Assembly (NCBI GenBank): GCA_964370265.1
Contig: CAYJIP010000002.1
Span: 52,620-116,619, forward strand
Direction: 5' to 3'
Length of the DNA: 64,000 nucleotides
From: an uncultured Clostridium sp.
GTDB taxonomy: Bacteria; Bacillota; Clostridia; TANB77; CAG-508
Shown here: positions 38,299 through 49,100 of the stretch, one piece after another
Position numbering within the stretch: the first letter of the stretch is position 1
Layout of the letters: every line of letters starts with the position of its first letter
Program-made: the position numbers and the translations under genes
The notes under the pieces: model-generated
The model's database searches: none
Seen by the model: the letters and a program-made list of their open reading frames with translations, nothing else
What the model was told of the DNA's origin: nothing

Positions 38299-41200
38299 TC
38301 AATCTACTAAAATTAATTCTTTATTTAAATATGTAGAATATATTACCTTTTTAAATACCTTTTTATCTAAAGCTTCTTCTAAAGCTTTTTCATAAAAGTC
38401 TAATTGAACTTTATATTTTTTAATAAACTCTTCTTCTTTTCCACTTGGGATATAATCTGTTTTGTAATCCACAAGTACTATATTATCGTTTTTATCTATA
38501 TAATATAAGTCGATAATACCTTGAACTAATATTTCTTCTTCTACCTCTTCTTCATAAATCTCTCTAGCTGGTACATTAATATAGAATGGTTTTTCTTGAT
38601 ATATTTTTTTAGCTAGTTTCATATCATTCCATAAATCAGACTTTGTAAAACTTAATATTTTTTCAATATCTATATTTTCAGCTTCTTTTTCTGTTAAAAT
38701 ATTTTTCCATACTAAGTCATTAATCATATTTTCTAAAACACTCTTATTATATTGTATCTTAACATCTAATTTCTGCATACATAAATGAATTAGTGTACCT
38801 TTTTGTGCCCCCGATAATTTTTCATTTTTAGAATTTTTAATAAAGTCTGGCATATTAAATATATTTTTATAATTTTTAATATTCGTTTCTTCTTTAATTT
38901 CTGTATTATTTTCATTACTTTTATTATGAATATCTTTATTTATTCTTTTTTCTATGCTCTTTTCATTAGCTAATTCTTTTAGTTTAGTAACAGACGATTT
39001 AGTTGGTATTGTTGTTGCTAAAATATTTGCATACTTTTTATTAACTGTTTTAGCAATTTCAGATAAAATATTCTTATCTATATGTACCTTATCCATTTCT
39101 TCTATTAAATTACAATCCTCTTTCTTAACATCTGCTTTGAATTCTTTTTTAATTTCATTCACATCATATATGTTATATCTTGTATATTCATCCATAATAT
39201 TTTTATCATACATATATACAAGGATAATCCAGTCTAAATAGCTTTTGAATTTTTTAGTAAATATTGGATTTATTTTATCATGTTCTTTATCATAAATTTC
39301 TTTTTGAGCTTCTAATTTTTCCATTTTTTTATGATAGTCTTTTACTATTCCTGTTACTATTAATTTTTCTTTCGCTCTTGTTAATGCCACATACAAAACT
39401 CTCATTTCTTCGGAAATAGTTTCTACTTTTACCTGATTTTTTATTGCAGCTTTTGTAACTGTGTCGTATTGAATACTCATATCATAATCAATATACTTAA
39501 CTCCTAATCCCATCTTTTGATGTAATACAATATTATCCGTTAAATCCATAAAATTAAATTGTTTTGCAGTGTTTGATAAAAACACTAATGGAAATTCTAA
39601 TCCTTTACTCTTATGAATACTCATTATTCTAACGACATCTTCATTTTCTCCAATTATCTTAGCAGCTTCCATGTCTCCACTAGATTTTTTTAATCTTTCT
39701 AAAAATCTAATAAAATTATATAACCCCTTAAATGTTGCACTTTCAAACTTTCTTGCTTTTTCAAATAACATTTTTAAATTTGCTTGTCTTAAAATTCCAT
39801 TTGGCATTAAACTCACATAATTATAGTATCCTGTGTCAGAATAGATTTTCCATATAAATTCATCAAGTGCTAAATATTCTTGTTCGTTTCTCCACATTTC
39901 TAAATTATTTAAAAATTCAGTTACTTTTTTTCCTACACTACCTGTTACTTCTTCACTTGCTTTTTTCATACAAGTATAAAAATTAGAATATCTATCTACT
40001 AATCTAATTTCCATCAAATCATTATCTGTGAAATTACCTATATTTGATCTTAATACAGCTACTAATGGTATATCTTGCATAGGATTATCTATCACTTTTA
40101 ATAGGCTTATTATTGTTTCTATTTCTATACTTTCTAAATATACTTGTGAACTATCTGAAAAAACTGGTATTCCTGCTTTGATTAATTCTTGTTCAAAAAC
40201 TGGTGCTGGTAGTGATGTTGCTCTTAATAGAATTACTATATCTTTGTATTTTATATCTCTATAACAATTTTTTCTTTTATCCCATACTTGATATTTAGTA
40301 TCTATAAATTCTTTTATTCTATTAGCTACATATTTCGCTTCTATTTCTATATTTTCTAATCTTTCAAATTCTGTATTAGATTCTATATTAAAGTTTTTGC
40401 TATCTTCTTCGTCTTGGATTCCTTGCTCTATTTTTTCATTATCTGATGAACTAATATTTAATATATCAATCTCAATATCTTGATTTTGATCTATCATTTC
40501 ATAATTTGCTCCTAAATTCAGATATTCTTCTTCTACATAATCTATATCTCCTAATACATTACTCATAATGTTTTGAAATATAACATTTGTAAAGTCTAAT
40601 ACATTTTTCTTGCTCCTAAAATTCTTGAATAACTGTATCTTTAAATTATCTTTTTCTGTTAAATTTTCTTTTTTCATATATGTATGGTATTTATCTAAAA
40701 ATAACTCAGGCATTGCTTGTCTAAATTTATATATACTTTGTTTAACATCACCTACCATAAATATATTATTTTTCTTTGAAACAGATGTTAGTATATATTC
40801 TTGTACTAAGTTACTATCTTGATATTCATCTATTGCTATTTCACTAAATTTTTCTTGGTATCTTTTTGCAATATCTGTATATATAATTTCTCCTGTTTCT
40901 TCATCTAATCTTATTAATAATTTTAAAGCAAAATGTTCTACATCGTGAAAATCAACCATATTTCTTTGCCTTTTTTTCGTAGAAAATTTAGCTTTAAATT
41001 CTACTACCATAGCTTCTAGCTTCTTTAAAATTTCATACATATCTAATATATCTTGATTTGCTTGTTTAGATCCTGTTGTGAATATTTTTTTAGTGCTTGC
41101 TTTTAGTTTGTCTTTAATATTATCACGTGCTGTTTTTGCATATTCCTTTAAATCTGATTCTATTTTTTTTCGAGGCCATGTCGCAAATACAAAATTATTT

Positions 41201-42027
41201 AATTTTTCTACTGTATTGTCCCAATTATCAATAGTTTCTTTTACTGACATTAATTTTCTAATATCATCTGTTATGGTTTGTTGGAATTTATCTAATTCAG
41301 GATCAAATGCTAGTTCTTTTTCGACTTTCTGCAATATTTTAATATAATCTACTAATTCTTCTTCTAAATCACTTAATAAATTCTCACCCCATATTGTAGT
41401 GCTGAAGTCTGCTTCTATTTTTTCTTCTAGATTAAATAATTCAATTTTTTCTTTCAACCATTTTTCTGGAAATGGATCACTTTGAATATATGTATATACC
41501 TTTAAAATTAAATCTTTTAATGGTGCATCATCTTTATATGATGTATATGTTGTTAAAAGCTTTTGAAAATCTTGATCATTTTTTTCATACTTTTCTTCAA
41601 ATATCTCTTCTATTATTTCTTGTTTTAATAAATCGATTTCGATTTTATCTCCTATTTTAAAATTAGGAGATATATTGTCTAATTCAAAGAAATTGTTTTT
41701 AACTACTTCAAGACAAAAAGAATCTATTGTACATATACTTGATTTATTTAATAACGTTATCTGTTTTTGTAGATTTTCATCATCTGGATTTTCTTCTAAT
41801 TTTGAATAGATTGCTTCTAATACTCTTTCTCTCATCTCTGAAGCTGCAGCATTTGTAAATGTAACAACTAATAGGGTGTCAATATCTACACCATCATTTA
41901 CAATTTTATTTATTATTCTTTCAACTAATACTGCCGTTTTACCACTACCAGCTGCAGCTGCAACTAATATGTTTTGACCTTTTTCATATATAGCTTGTTG
42001 TTGTTCTTTTGTCCATTTTACTCCCAT
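38299..42027 (-). CDS. addA: ATP-dependent helicase/nuclease subunit A (AddA, UvrD-like helicase + RecB-type nuclease)
   Basis: AAAGSGKTAVLVERI (Walker A), DEYQDSN, C-terminal nuclease motif GIIDLYYIDKNDNIVLVDYKTDY. Confidence 0.9.
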   Translation of the reverse strand: MGVKWTKEQQQAIYEKGQNILVAAAAGSGKTAVLVERIINKIVNDGVDIDTLLVVTFTNAAASEMRERVLEAIYSKLEENPDDENLQKQITLLNKSSICTIDSFCLEVVKNNFFELDNISPNFKIGDKIEIDLLKQEIIEEIFEEKYEKNDQDFQKLLTTYTSYKDDAPLKDLILKVYTYIQSDPFPEKWLKEKIELFNLEEKIEADFSTTIWGENLLSDLEEELVDYIKILQKVEKELAFDPELDKFQQTITDDIRKLMSVKETIDNWDNTVEKLNNFVFATWPRKKIESDLKEYAKTARDNIKDKLKASTKKIFTTGSKQANQDILDMYEILKKLEAMVVEFKAKFSTKKRQRNMVDFHDVEHFALKLLIRLDEETGEIIYTDIAKRYQEKFSEIAIDEYQDSNLVQEYILTSVSKKNNIFMVGDVKQSIYKFRQAMPELFLDKYHTYMKKENLTEKDNLKIQLFKNFRSKKNVLDFTNVIFQNIMSNVLGDIDYVEEEYLNLGANYEMIDQNQDIEIDILNISSSDNEKIEQGIQDEEDSKNFNIESNTEFERLENIEIEAKYVANRIKEFIDTKYQVWDKRKNCYRDIKYKDIVILLRATSLPAPVFEQELIKAGIPVFSDSSQVYLESIEIETIISLLKVIDNPMQDIPLVAVLRSNIGNFTDNDLMEIRLVDRYSNFYTCMKKASEEVTGSVGKKVTEFLNNLEMWRNEQEYLALDEFIWKIYSDTGYYNYVSLMPNGILRQANLKMLFEKARKFESATFKGLYNFIRFLERLKKSSGDMEAAKIIGENEDVVRIMSIHKSKGLEFPLVFLSNTAKQFNFMDLTDNIVLHQKMGLGVKYIDYDMSIQYDTVTKAAIKNQVKVETISEEMRVLYVALTRAKEKLIVTGIVKDYHKKMEKLEAQKEIYDKEHDKINPIFTKKFKSYLDWIILVYMYDKNIMDEYTRYNIYDVNEIKKEFKADVKKEDCNLIEEMDKVHIDKNILSEIAKTVNKKYANILATTIPTKSSVTKLKELANEKSIEKRINKDIHNKSNENNTEIKEETNIKNYKNIFNMPDFIKNSKNEKLSGAQKGTLIHLCMQKLDVKIQYNKSVLENMINDLVWKNILTEKEAENIDIEKILSFTKSDLWNDMKLAKKIYQEKPFYINVPAREIYEEEVEEEILVQGIIDLYYIDKNDNIVLVDYKTDYIPSGKEEEFIKKYKVQLDFYEKALEEALDKKVFKKVIYSTYLNKELILVD

Positions 42028-42094
42028 TGTTTCTCCCTTGTCTCTCTATTTATTAATTTCCTTTATTTTATCATACAGAATTGGATATATCAAT

Positions 42095-42127
42095 AAAAAT
42101 AGACTTGTATAATACAAGTCTATTTTT
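42095..42127 (-). terminator. terminator hairpin between DUF898-like gene and addA
   Basis: aaaaatagacttgta / tacaagtctattttt 15-bp perfect stem. Confidence 0.7.
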
Positions 42128-42149
42128 CATACCTTACTCTCGAAAGTTT

Positions 42150-42455
42150 TTATTCAAAAACTGTGTTTTCTGCTTTCCAATTTTCTATTTTTATGAAAAC
42201 CCAAAAACCATAAATACCTAATGTTATTATAGTTAGAATACACCATTTTATCCAATTTAGGAATAAACTCCCACCTGTTCCGATGAATTTCAATCTTCTA
42301 CCTTGAACTACAGTATGCTCTATTTTCCATCTATATAGCATACACATAGCCCAAGGATATGCTAAACCAAATGTTATCGTAGTAAGTACTGTTGCCAGCA
42401 TCCACCACCATAAATAACTTAATAATCCGCCATCAAAATATGATCTATTTTCCAT
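42150..42455 (-). CDS. DUF898/YjgN-like small membrane protein
   Basis: Pattern TITFGLAYPWAMCMLYRWKIEHTVVQGRRLKFIGTG...TIITLGIYGFW resembles one DUF898 repeat. Confidence 0.5.
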   Translation of the reverse strand: MENRSYFDGGLLSYLWWWMLATVLTTITFGLAYPWAMCMLYRWKIEHTVVQGRRLKFIGTGGSLFLNWIKWCILTIITLGIYGFWVFIKIENWKAENTVFE

Positions 42456-42647
42456 AATATCTCCTTTCAGATATGTAGTTTAAAGAAATTTATTGTAATT
42501 TCTTTAATAATGTTTTGTTATCACATTATATCATATTTTCTGAAATAAAATATATTTTTTCCTAAAATAACTAAAATGACTTAATTAATATAATATATAA
42601 TTATGCAAAATTATTTTAAACATATCTATTTATAACTATTCTATTGC

Positions 42648-43145
42648 TTATACTACACCATTCAATATTTCAATAATTTTATATTTATCACTTTTAATTG
42701 TTTTGTAAATTTCTATCAATATATCATTATTTGTTAATTCAATTAGTTCTTCATACTTTTGTATTCTATTTGTTTCAAATTCAATATTATATTTGATTAT
42801 TTCTCTTAAATCATGATTTTGATATACCAAATTTTCTTCATGAACCTTTTCAGCATACTCATTTATCAATTTGTCTGTACCACCAAGCTTAATTGTTATT
42901 TCATTCAACACTTTAATATGTTCTATGTTCTTTTTGATTATATTTTCAAGTATATTAGTCATTTCTTGACTTCTAACAAATAGTTCTTTTTGATATATGA
43001 ATTGATTAGACGAAATATATTCTTCTAAAATATATTTATCAATAATCTCCATATATTTTTTATGCTTTGGTATTTTAGGAACATTTTGAATTCGACTCTC
43101 TCTTAAGTCATCAATTAATTTTAATATTTCACTATATTTAAGCAT
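42648..43145 (-). CDS. hypothetical helical protein (165 aa)
   Basis: ORF only. Possibly ferritin-like four-helix, not supported by metal-ligand motifs. Confidence 0.4.
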   Translation of the reverse strand: MLKYSEILKLIDDLRESRIQNVPKIPKHKKYMEIIDKYILEEYISSNQFIYQKELFVRSQEMTNILENIIKKNIEHIKVLNEITIKLGGTDKLINEYAEKVHEENLVYQNHDLREIIKYNIEFETNRIQKYEELIELTNNDILIEIYKTIKSDKYKIIEILNGVV

Positions 43146-43235
43146 ATAATCACCTCAAAATATTTTATGTCAAAAAATATTTCGAGGTGATTATTTTTAT
43201 TTTTATTTTTATTTTTTATTCTTTATTCTTTTTTG

Positions 43236-45848
43236 TTACTGCATTTTCTCTTTTATTCTTGATAGTGTATTTAATGCATCTATTGGTGTTAATTCATTTA
43301 AATTTATTTTATCAATTTCATGTGCTATTTCTGCTAATTTATAGTTAAACATATCAAATTGACCTTCAACTTGTTTCTTAGTTTCTTTTTCAATTTTTTT
43401 ATCAGACATAATACTTTTCTTTTCTAATTTTTTCAATATTTCATTTGCTTTTTGTGTTACAACTTTTGGAACCCCAGCTAGACGTGCTACATGTATTCCA
43501 TAACTATCATCAGTTCCACCTCTTACTATTTTACGTAAAAATATTATATCTTCTCCTTTTTCTTTAACTGCTACTGAATAATTTTTAACACCTTCTAGTT
43601 TATCTTCTAATTCAACCAATTCATGATAATGTGTTGCAAATAATGTTTTGGCACCACATTTTTCTGAATCTGCAATAAATTCTGCTACTGCCCATGCTAT
43701 AGATAATCCATCATATGTAGATGTTCCTCTACCTATTTCATCTAGGATTACAAGGCTTTTATTTGTTGCTTCATTTAATATTGTTGCAACCTCCATCATT
43801 TCAACCATAAAAGTACTTTGTCCTTGACTTAAGTCATCTGATGCACCTACTCTTGTAAAGATTTTATCTACAATTCCTATATCCGCTTTATTAGCTGGCA
43901 CGAATGAACCTATTTGAGCCATTAAATTAATTAATGCAACTTGTCTCATATATGTTGATTTACCTGCCATATTTGGCCCTGTTATTATTGACAACCTATT
44001 ATCATCTCTATCTAAATATGTATCATTGTCAACAAATTGCCCTATTCCTATTATTTTTTCAATAACTGGATGTCTTCCACCTTCTATATTCAATACTCCT
44101 GATGTATTAATATTAGGCATACAATAGTTTAAATCTTCTGCTACTATTGCAAATGATGTTAATACATCAAGTGTAGAAATAGCTTCTGCTGTTTTTTGTA
44201 ATCTTCTAATATTTTTAGCAATTTCTAATCTTATTTGATTAAAAGCTTCATATTCCAATACAACAACTTTTTCTTCTGCTCCTAATATTTGTTCTTCAAA
44301 ATTTTTCAATTCTTCTGTTATATATCTTTCACAATTTGCTAATGTCTGTTTTCTAATAAATCTATCTGGAACTTCACTTAAAAACGATTTTGTAACTTCA
44401 AAATAGTAACCAAATATTTTATTAAATCCAATTTTAAGATTTTTAATACCTGTTTTTTCTTTTTCTTCTGCTTCTAAATTTATTAACCAATTCTTTCCTT
44501 CTGTCCCTGCCAATTTTAATTTATCTATTTCTGCGTCAAAACCAAGTTTTATAATGCCTCCATCTTTAATTGTTATTGGTGGTTCTTCTACTATTGCTTT
44601 ATCTATTATTTTTTCTAAATCTTGAAGATCTTCTAACTCTTCATTTAATTTTTTTATTAATTCAGAATTACAATTAGATATTTCTATTTTCAATTCAGGT
44701 AATCGTTGAAGTGAATTTTTAAGTGTTATCATATCTCTTGCATTACAATTTCCATATGTCATTTTCGCTGCCAATCGTTCGATATCATATACTTTTTTTA
44801 GATTTTCTATAATATCGCCTCTAAGCATAATATTATCTTTTAATTCTTGTACCGATTCTAATCTTCTACTTATTTCTAAAGCATCAATTAATGGATCATT
44901 TATCCATCTTCTTAATTGTCTAGCCCCCATCGATGTAGATGTTTTATCTAATACCCACAAAAGAGTTCCTTTTTTAGATTTATCTTTCATTCTTTCTGTT
45001 AATTCAAGATTTCTTCTAGCATTTATATCTAAAGCCATATATTTTGATATTTGATATATATTAATTTTATTTATATGTTCCAAACTAGTTTTTTGAGTTT
45101 GAGCTATGTATTCTGTTAAAGCATTAATTGAACTCACATATATAGCATCTTCATTTATTTTCTCTATTTCAGTATTATTCGGACCATATATTGTATATTT
45201 ATTTAATAAGTTTTCAGCATCATTTGTGAAGAATTTGTCATTAAATCGTGTAATATATGACTCGAATCTCTCTTTAATTTTAGCTATCTCATCACTACAA
45301 TCGTACATCATTGAATTTACTATTAATTCTGACGGAGTAAATCTTGCTATCTCATCAAGTAATAATGGAAAATTATGTGTTCCTCTTATTTCAGATGAAT
45401 AAAATTCACCTGTTGAAATATCACATACACTTATTCCAAAATATATACCTGTTTTATATATTGACATTATATAATTATTTCTTTTTTCTTCAAGCATATT
45501 GCTTTCAACTATTGTTCCTGGTGTTACTACTCTGACAACACCTCTTTCAACAATACCTTTTGTTTCTTTAGGGTCTGATAATTGCTCACATATTGCGACT
45601 TTAAATCCTTTTTCAATTAGTCTTGCTATATATGTTTCTGCTGAATGATGCGGAACTCCAGCCATTGGTGCTTTCTCCTCAGCTCCACAAGCTTTTCCTG
45701 TTAATGTTAATTCTAATTCTCGTGATACTGTTATTGCATCATCAAAAAACATTTCATAAAAATCGCCTAATCTATAGAATAGGATACAATCTTTATATTC
45801 TTCTTTTGTTTCAAGATATTTTTGCATCATAGGTGAATATTGTGTCAC
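43236..45848 (-). CDS. mutS: DNA mismatch repair protein MutS
   Basis: GDFYEMFFDDA (domain I), GPNMAGKSTYMRQ (Walker A), DEIGRGTSTYDG. Confidence 0.95.
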   Translation of the reverse strand: MTQYSPMMQKYLETKEEYKDCILFYRLGDFYEMFFDDAITVSRELELTLTGKACGAEEKAPMAGVPHHSAETYIARLIEKGFKVAICEQLSDPKETKGIVERGVVRVVTPGTIVESNMLEEKRNNYIMSIYKTGIYFGISVCDISTGEFYSSEIRGTHNFPLLLDEIARFTPSELIVNSMMYDCSDEIAKIKERFESYITRFNDKFFTNDAENLLNKYTIYGPNNTEIEKINEDAIYVSSINALTEYIAQTQKTSLEHINKINIYQISKYMALDINARRNLELTERMKDKSKKGTLLWVLDKTSTSMGARQLRRWINDPLIDALEISRRLESVQELKDNIMLRGDIIENLKKVYDIERLAAKMTYGNCNARDMITLKNSLQRLPELKIEISNCNSELIKKLNEELEDLQDLEKIIDKAIVEEPPITIKDGGIIKLGFDAEIDKLKLAGTEGKNWLINLEAEEKEKTGIKNLKIGFNKIFGYYFEVTKSFLSEVPDRFIRKQTLANCERYITEELKNFEEQILGAEEKVVVLEYEAFNQIRLEIAKNIRRLQKTAEAISTLDVLTSFAIVAEDLNYCMPNINTSGVLNIEGGRHPVIEKIIGIGQFVDNDTYLDRDDNRLSIITGPNMAGKSTYMRQVALINLMAQIGSFVPANKADIGIVDKIFTRVGASDDLSQGQSTFMVEMMEVATILNEATNKSLVILDEIGRGTSTYDGLSIAWAVAEFIADSEKCGAKTLFATHYHELVELEDKLEGVKNYSVAVKEKGEDIIFLRKIVRGGTDDSYGIHVARLAGVPKVVTQKANEILKKLEKKSIMSDKKIEKETKKQVEGQFDMFNYKLAEIAHEIDKINLNELTPIDALNTLSRIKEKMQ

Positions 45849-46094
45849 TCTTTTTCCTCCTCAATTTTAATTTTTTTATTTATTTTCTTATTAATTTTAT
45901 CTTTAAATTATTTGTAGATTATATGACATTTTTAGTATTTTTTCAATCTTTTTCAGCATTTTTAAACTTTTTTCAATATATATTAAAAGAATTAAACCCA
46001 CCTTTTAGATTTATATCTATTAAGTAGGTTTAATTCTTATTTTTTATGGTTTTTTTATATTTTTTTATAGTTCATTTATAGTTCTTACATGAAT

Positions 46095-46796
46095 TTATAT
46101 ACTTTGATTTACTATTTCTAATATTTTTTCTTTATATATGTTTACATCTTCTAAATTATATTTAGGTAATATATATTTTTCTTTTATTCCATCCTCATTA
46201 ACTTCAAACTCAATTTTTATCATTGCATCTATATCTTCATTTGTTATCAACTTAGAATTTCGTGTGTTTTTAAAATACATAATTCTTCTAAATACTTTTT
46301 CTACACTTTCATTTAATAATTCGCTTCTATGTTTTATGACATATTCGAATAGATTTGTTATATTGTTATCGATTTTAATTGCAAATTCAGATGTTACAGC
46401 TGCAAATACTTCTAAATCAATTTGGTTAACACTAAATATTTTAGGGTTTTTCTTTATTAATTTATTTGTATAATTTGGATTCATAAAATAGTATCCATCT
46501 AATTTTTCACACATATATTTAATCTTTTTTTCTAAATCTAATGTTACAAGCTTTTTATTTTTTTGAATCATTTCTAAAACATCTTCTTTTAAAATAACCT
46601 CATCATCTTCTTTTAAAGTTGCATTTCTTGTTTGAAAAAATTTAAGCATTTCTGTAAGATTTTTTATATATACATTTTTATCAATATCATGTCCTTTTGA
46701 TGTTATATTATAATATATATTTATAAGATCTTTTACATCTATTCCTAATTTCACTAAAACAACTACATTATCATGATTTATATCATTCATATCCAT
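46095..46796 (-). CDS. hypothetical protein (233 aa)
   Basis: ORF between miaB and mutS. No recognised motif. Confidence 0.45.
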   Translation of the reverse strand: MDMNDINHDNVVVLVKLGIDVKDLINIYYNITSKGHDIDKNVYIKNLTEMLKFFQTRNATLKEDDEVILKEDVLEMIQKNKKLVTLDLEKKIKYMCEKLDGYYFMNPNYTNKLIKKNPKIFSVNQIDLEVFAAVTSEFAIKIDNNITNLFEYVIKHRSELLNESVEKVFRRIMYFKNTRNSKLITNEDIDAMIKIEFEVNEDGIKEKYILPKYNLEDVNIYKEKILEIVNQSI

Positions 46797-46898
46797 AATT
46801 ACCTCTTTCTTATCTTTTGTATAAAGATATATTTATTTTATATTATCTTGTATATTTCATATTAACATATTTTATATTACTTTATAATCTATTTCATC

Positions 46899-48314
46899 TT
46901 ATTTAGCTAAATTTCCTTTTAAAAACCATAAATGTTCTGAAATAATATCTAATTCTACCATTGTTCCTATTAAACTCTTATCACCTTCAAATATGGCAAT
47001 TTTATTCGCATCTGTTCTTCCAGATAACATTTCTTCATTATTTTTACTTGTACCTTCAACTAATATTTTTTGTTTTGTTCCAACATATTTTTTATTATTT
47101 TCAGATATTTGTGAATCCACTAATTTTTTCAATTTATTAAATCGTATATGTTTATTCTCATCTGGTACTTGATTTTCCATTTTATCTGCTGGTGTTCCTA
47201 TTCTTCTTGAATAAATAAACATATATACTTGTTCAAATTTAACTTTTTCTATAACATCTAATGTATCTTCAAATTCTTCATCAGTTTCACCTGGGAATCC
47301 TACAATTATATCTGTTGATAATGCTAAATTTGGTATTTGTTTTTTCATTTTTTCTACTAAATCTAAAAATTGCTCTTTAGTATACTTTCTATTCATTTCT
47401 TTTAATACTTTTGTATTACCTGATTGTATTGGTAAATGTATTGATTTTGAAACTCTATCACATGTTGCAATTGCCTCAATAACATCATCTGTAAAATCTT
47501 TAGGATGAGGAGATACGAACTTAATTCTTTCAATACCATTTATCTTATTTACTTCTTTTAATAGTGTCGCAAATGAATTGATTCCATTGTATTCTTCAAA
47601 CTCTACACCTTTTTCTCTTTCAACTCTTAAATATGAATTTACATTTTGACCTAATAGTGCTATTTCTTTATATCCTTGTTTTGCAAGTTCTTGAACTTCT
47701 AATATTATATCTTTAGGTAATCTACTTCTTTCTCTACCTCTTACATATGGTACTATACAATATGTACAGAAGTTATTACATCCATTCATTATACTTACAG
47801 ATGCTTTTATAGTTGAATTTCTCTTAATTGGTAATCCTTCATAAATTTCTCCATCTATATCTATAACATCTTCTAGTCTTTTCTTGTTATTTAATACATT
47901 TAATAAATTTTCTGGGAATTTATGTAATGTGTGTGTTCCAAATATTATATCTACAAAAGGATAGCTTTCTTTAATTTTAGTTGTAATATGTTTTTCTTGC
48001 ATCATACAACCACCTATAGCTACTGTTGTTCCTCTTTGGATTTTTAAATTTTTCAATTCGCCTAGTTTACCAAATAATCTTTCTTCTGCATTTTCTCTTA
48101 CACAACAAGTATTGAAAATTGCTAAATCTGATTCTTTTGTATCTTCTGTATATATATATCCCATTTCGTCTAACATTCCAGCTAATTTTTCAGAATCATT
48201 TTCATTTAATTGACATCCCATTGTATGAATACTATACTTTAATTTTTTATTTTGTTTTTCGTTTATTTCTTTTACTTCTTTACAGTAATTTTTTTGAATT
48301 TCTATTTTGTTCAT
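46899..48314 (-). CDS. miaB: tRNA-2-methylthio-N6-dimethylallyladenosine synthase MiaB
   Basis: MGCQLNENDSE, radical-SAM GCNNFCTYCIVPYVRG, C-terminal TRAM. Confidence 0.9.
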   Translation of the reverse strand: MNKIEIQKNYCKEVKEINEKQNKKLKYSIHTMGCQLNENDSEKLAGMLDEMGYIYTEDTKESDLAIFNTCCVRENAEERLFGKLGELKNLKIQRGTTVAIGGCMMQEKHITTKIKESYPFVDIIFGTHTLHKFPENLLNVLNNKKRLEDVIDIDGEIYEGLPIKRNSTIKASVSIMNGCNNFCTYCIVPYVRGRERSRLPKDIILEVQELAKQGYKEIALLGQNVNSYLRVEREKGVEFEEYNGINSFATLLKEVNKINGIERIKFVSPHPKDFTDDVIEAIATCDRVSKSIHLPIQSGNTKVLKEMNRKYTKEQFLDLVEKMKKQIPNLALSTDIIVGFPGETDEEFEDTLDVIEKVKFEQVYMFIYSRRIGTPADKMENQVPDENKHIRFNKLKKLVDSQISENNKKYVGTKQKILVEGTSKNNEEMLSGRTDANKIAIFEGDKSLIGTMVELDIISEHLWFLKGNLAK

Positions 48315-48406
48315 TAATTTATTTGATTATCCTTTCATTTCCTTGATATTTTCAAGCAATTCTATTTTAATACATTTCTACATATTTTGCAACTCTATAC
48401 TCTCAT

Positions 48407-48432
48407 AAAAAAAAGAGTAGTCTTGCTACTCT
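48407..48432 (-). terminator. rpmE terminator
   Basis: agagtag / ctactct stem followed by an 8-T run on the minus strand. Confidence 0.65.
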
Positions 48433-48437
48433 AATTA

Positions 48438-48638
48438 TTATTTCATTCCATATTTTTGTCTAAATTTATCTGCTCTTCCACCTACAGTATCTTGTCTTAA
48501 GTTTCCTGTCCAGTATGGATGACATTTAGAACATACGTCTACTTTTAAATCTTTTTTTGTTGAACCAGCTTCTATTATGTTTCCACATGCACATGTAATT
48601 GAAGTTGCGTTATAATTTGGATGTAATCCTTCTTTCAT
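48438..48638 (-). CDS. rpmE: 50S ribosomal protein L31 (Zn-binding type A)
   Basis: MKEGLHPNY..., CxC and CSKCHPYWTG motifs. Confidence 0.95.
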   Translation of the reverse strand: MKEGLHPNYNATSITCACGNIIEAGSTKKDLKVDVCSKCHPYWTGNLRQDTVGGRADKFRQKYGMK

Positions 48639-48782
48639 CTATGTTCACCTCTTTCTCTTCTCAAAATAATTTGACTGTTTATTATGATAACACATTTTAT
48701 ATTTTTTTTCAAGCTTTATCGCATATTTTTCAAATTAACATCAAAAAAACTATCAATTTAATATTAAATTGAATATTTTTAG

Positions 48783-48956
48783 TTAATTAGTATTAACTTC
48801 TTCTGTATTAGTATCTTGTTGTTCATACATATATGTTGCTGACTGTATCATTTCACTATCAAGTGAAAGTTTATTTACTAATTTATACATAATATTAAAA
48901 ATACACGCTATTATTAATATTAACATCCCTATTTTCTTCCAATATTTTGCTAACAT
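48783..48956 (-). CDS. hypothetical small membrane protein (57 aa), not in the ORF track
   Basis: My translation: MLAKYWKKIGMLILIIACIFNIMYKLVNKLSLDSEMIQSATYMYEQQDTNTEEVNTN. SD AAGGAG lies 6 nt upstream. Confidence 0.4.
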   Translation of the reverse strand: MLAKYWKKIGMLILIIACIFNIMYKLVNKLSLDSEMIQSATYMYEQQDTNTEEVNTN

Positions 48957-49100
48957 TTATTTCTCCTTAAAAAATATTACAAATATATTATACTTATTTT
49001 ATATTAACTTGTCAATATTTTAAATATTGATTTAAACATATATATAATTTGTTTATAATATTTTTATCATTTTACATCCATACTATCCAGAGGTGATTTT

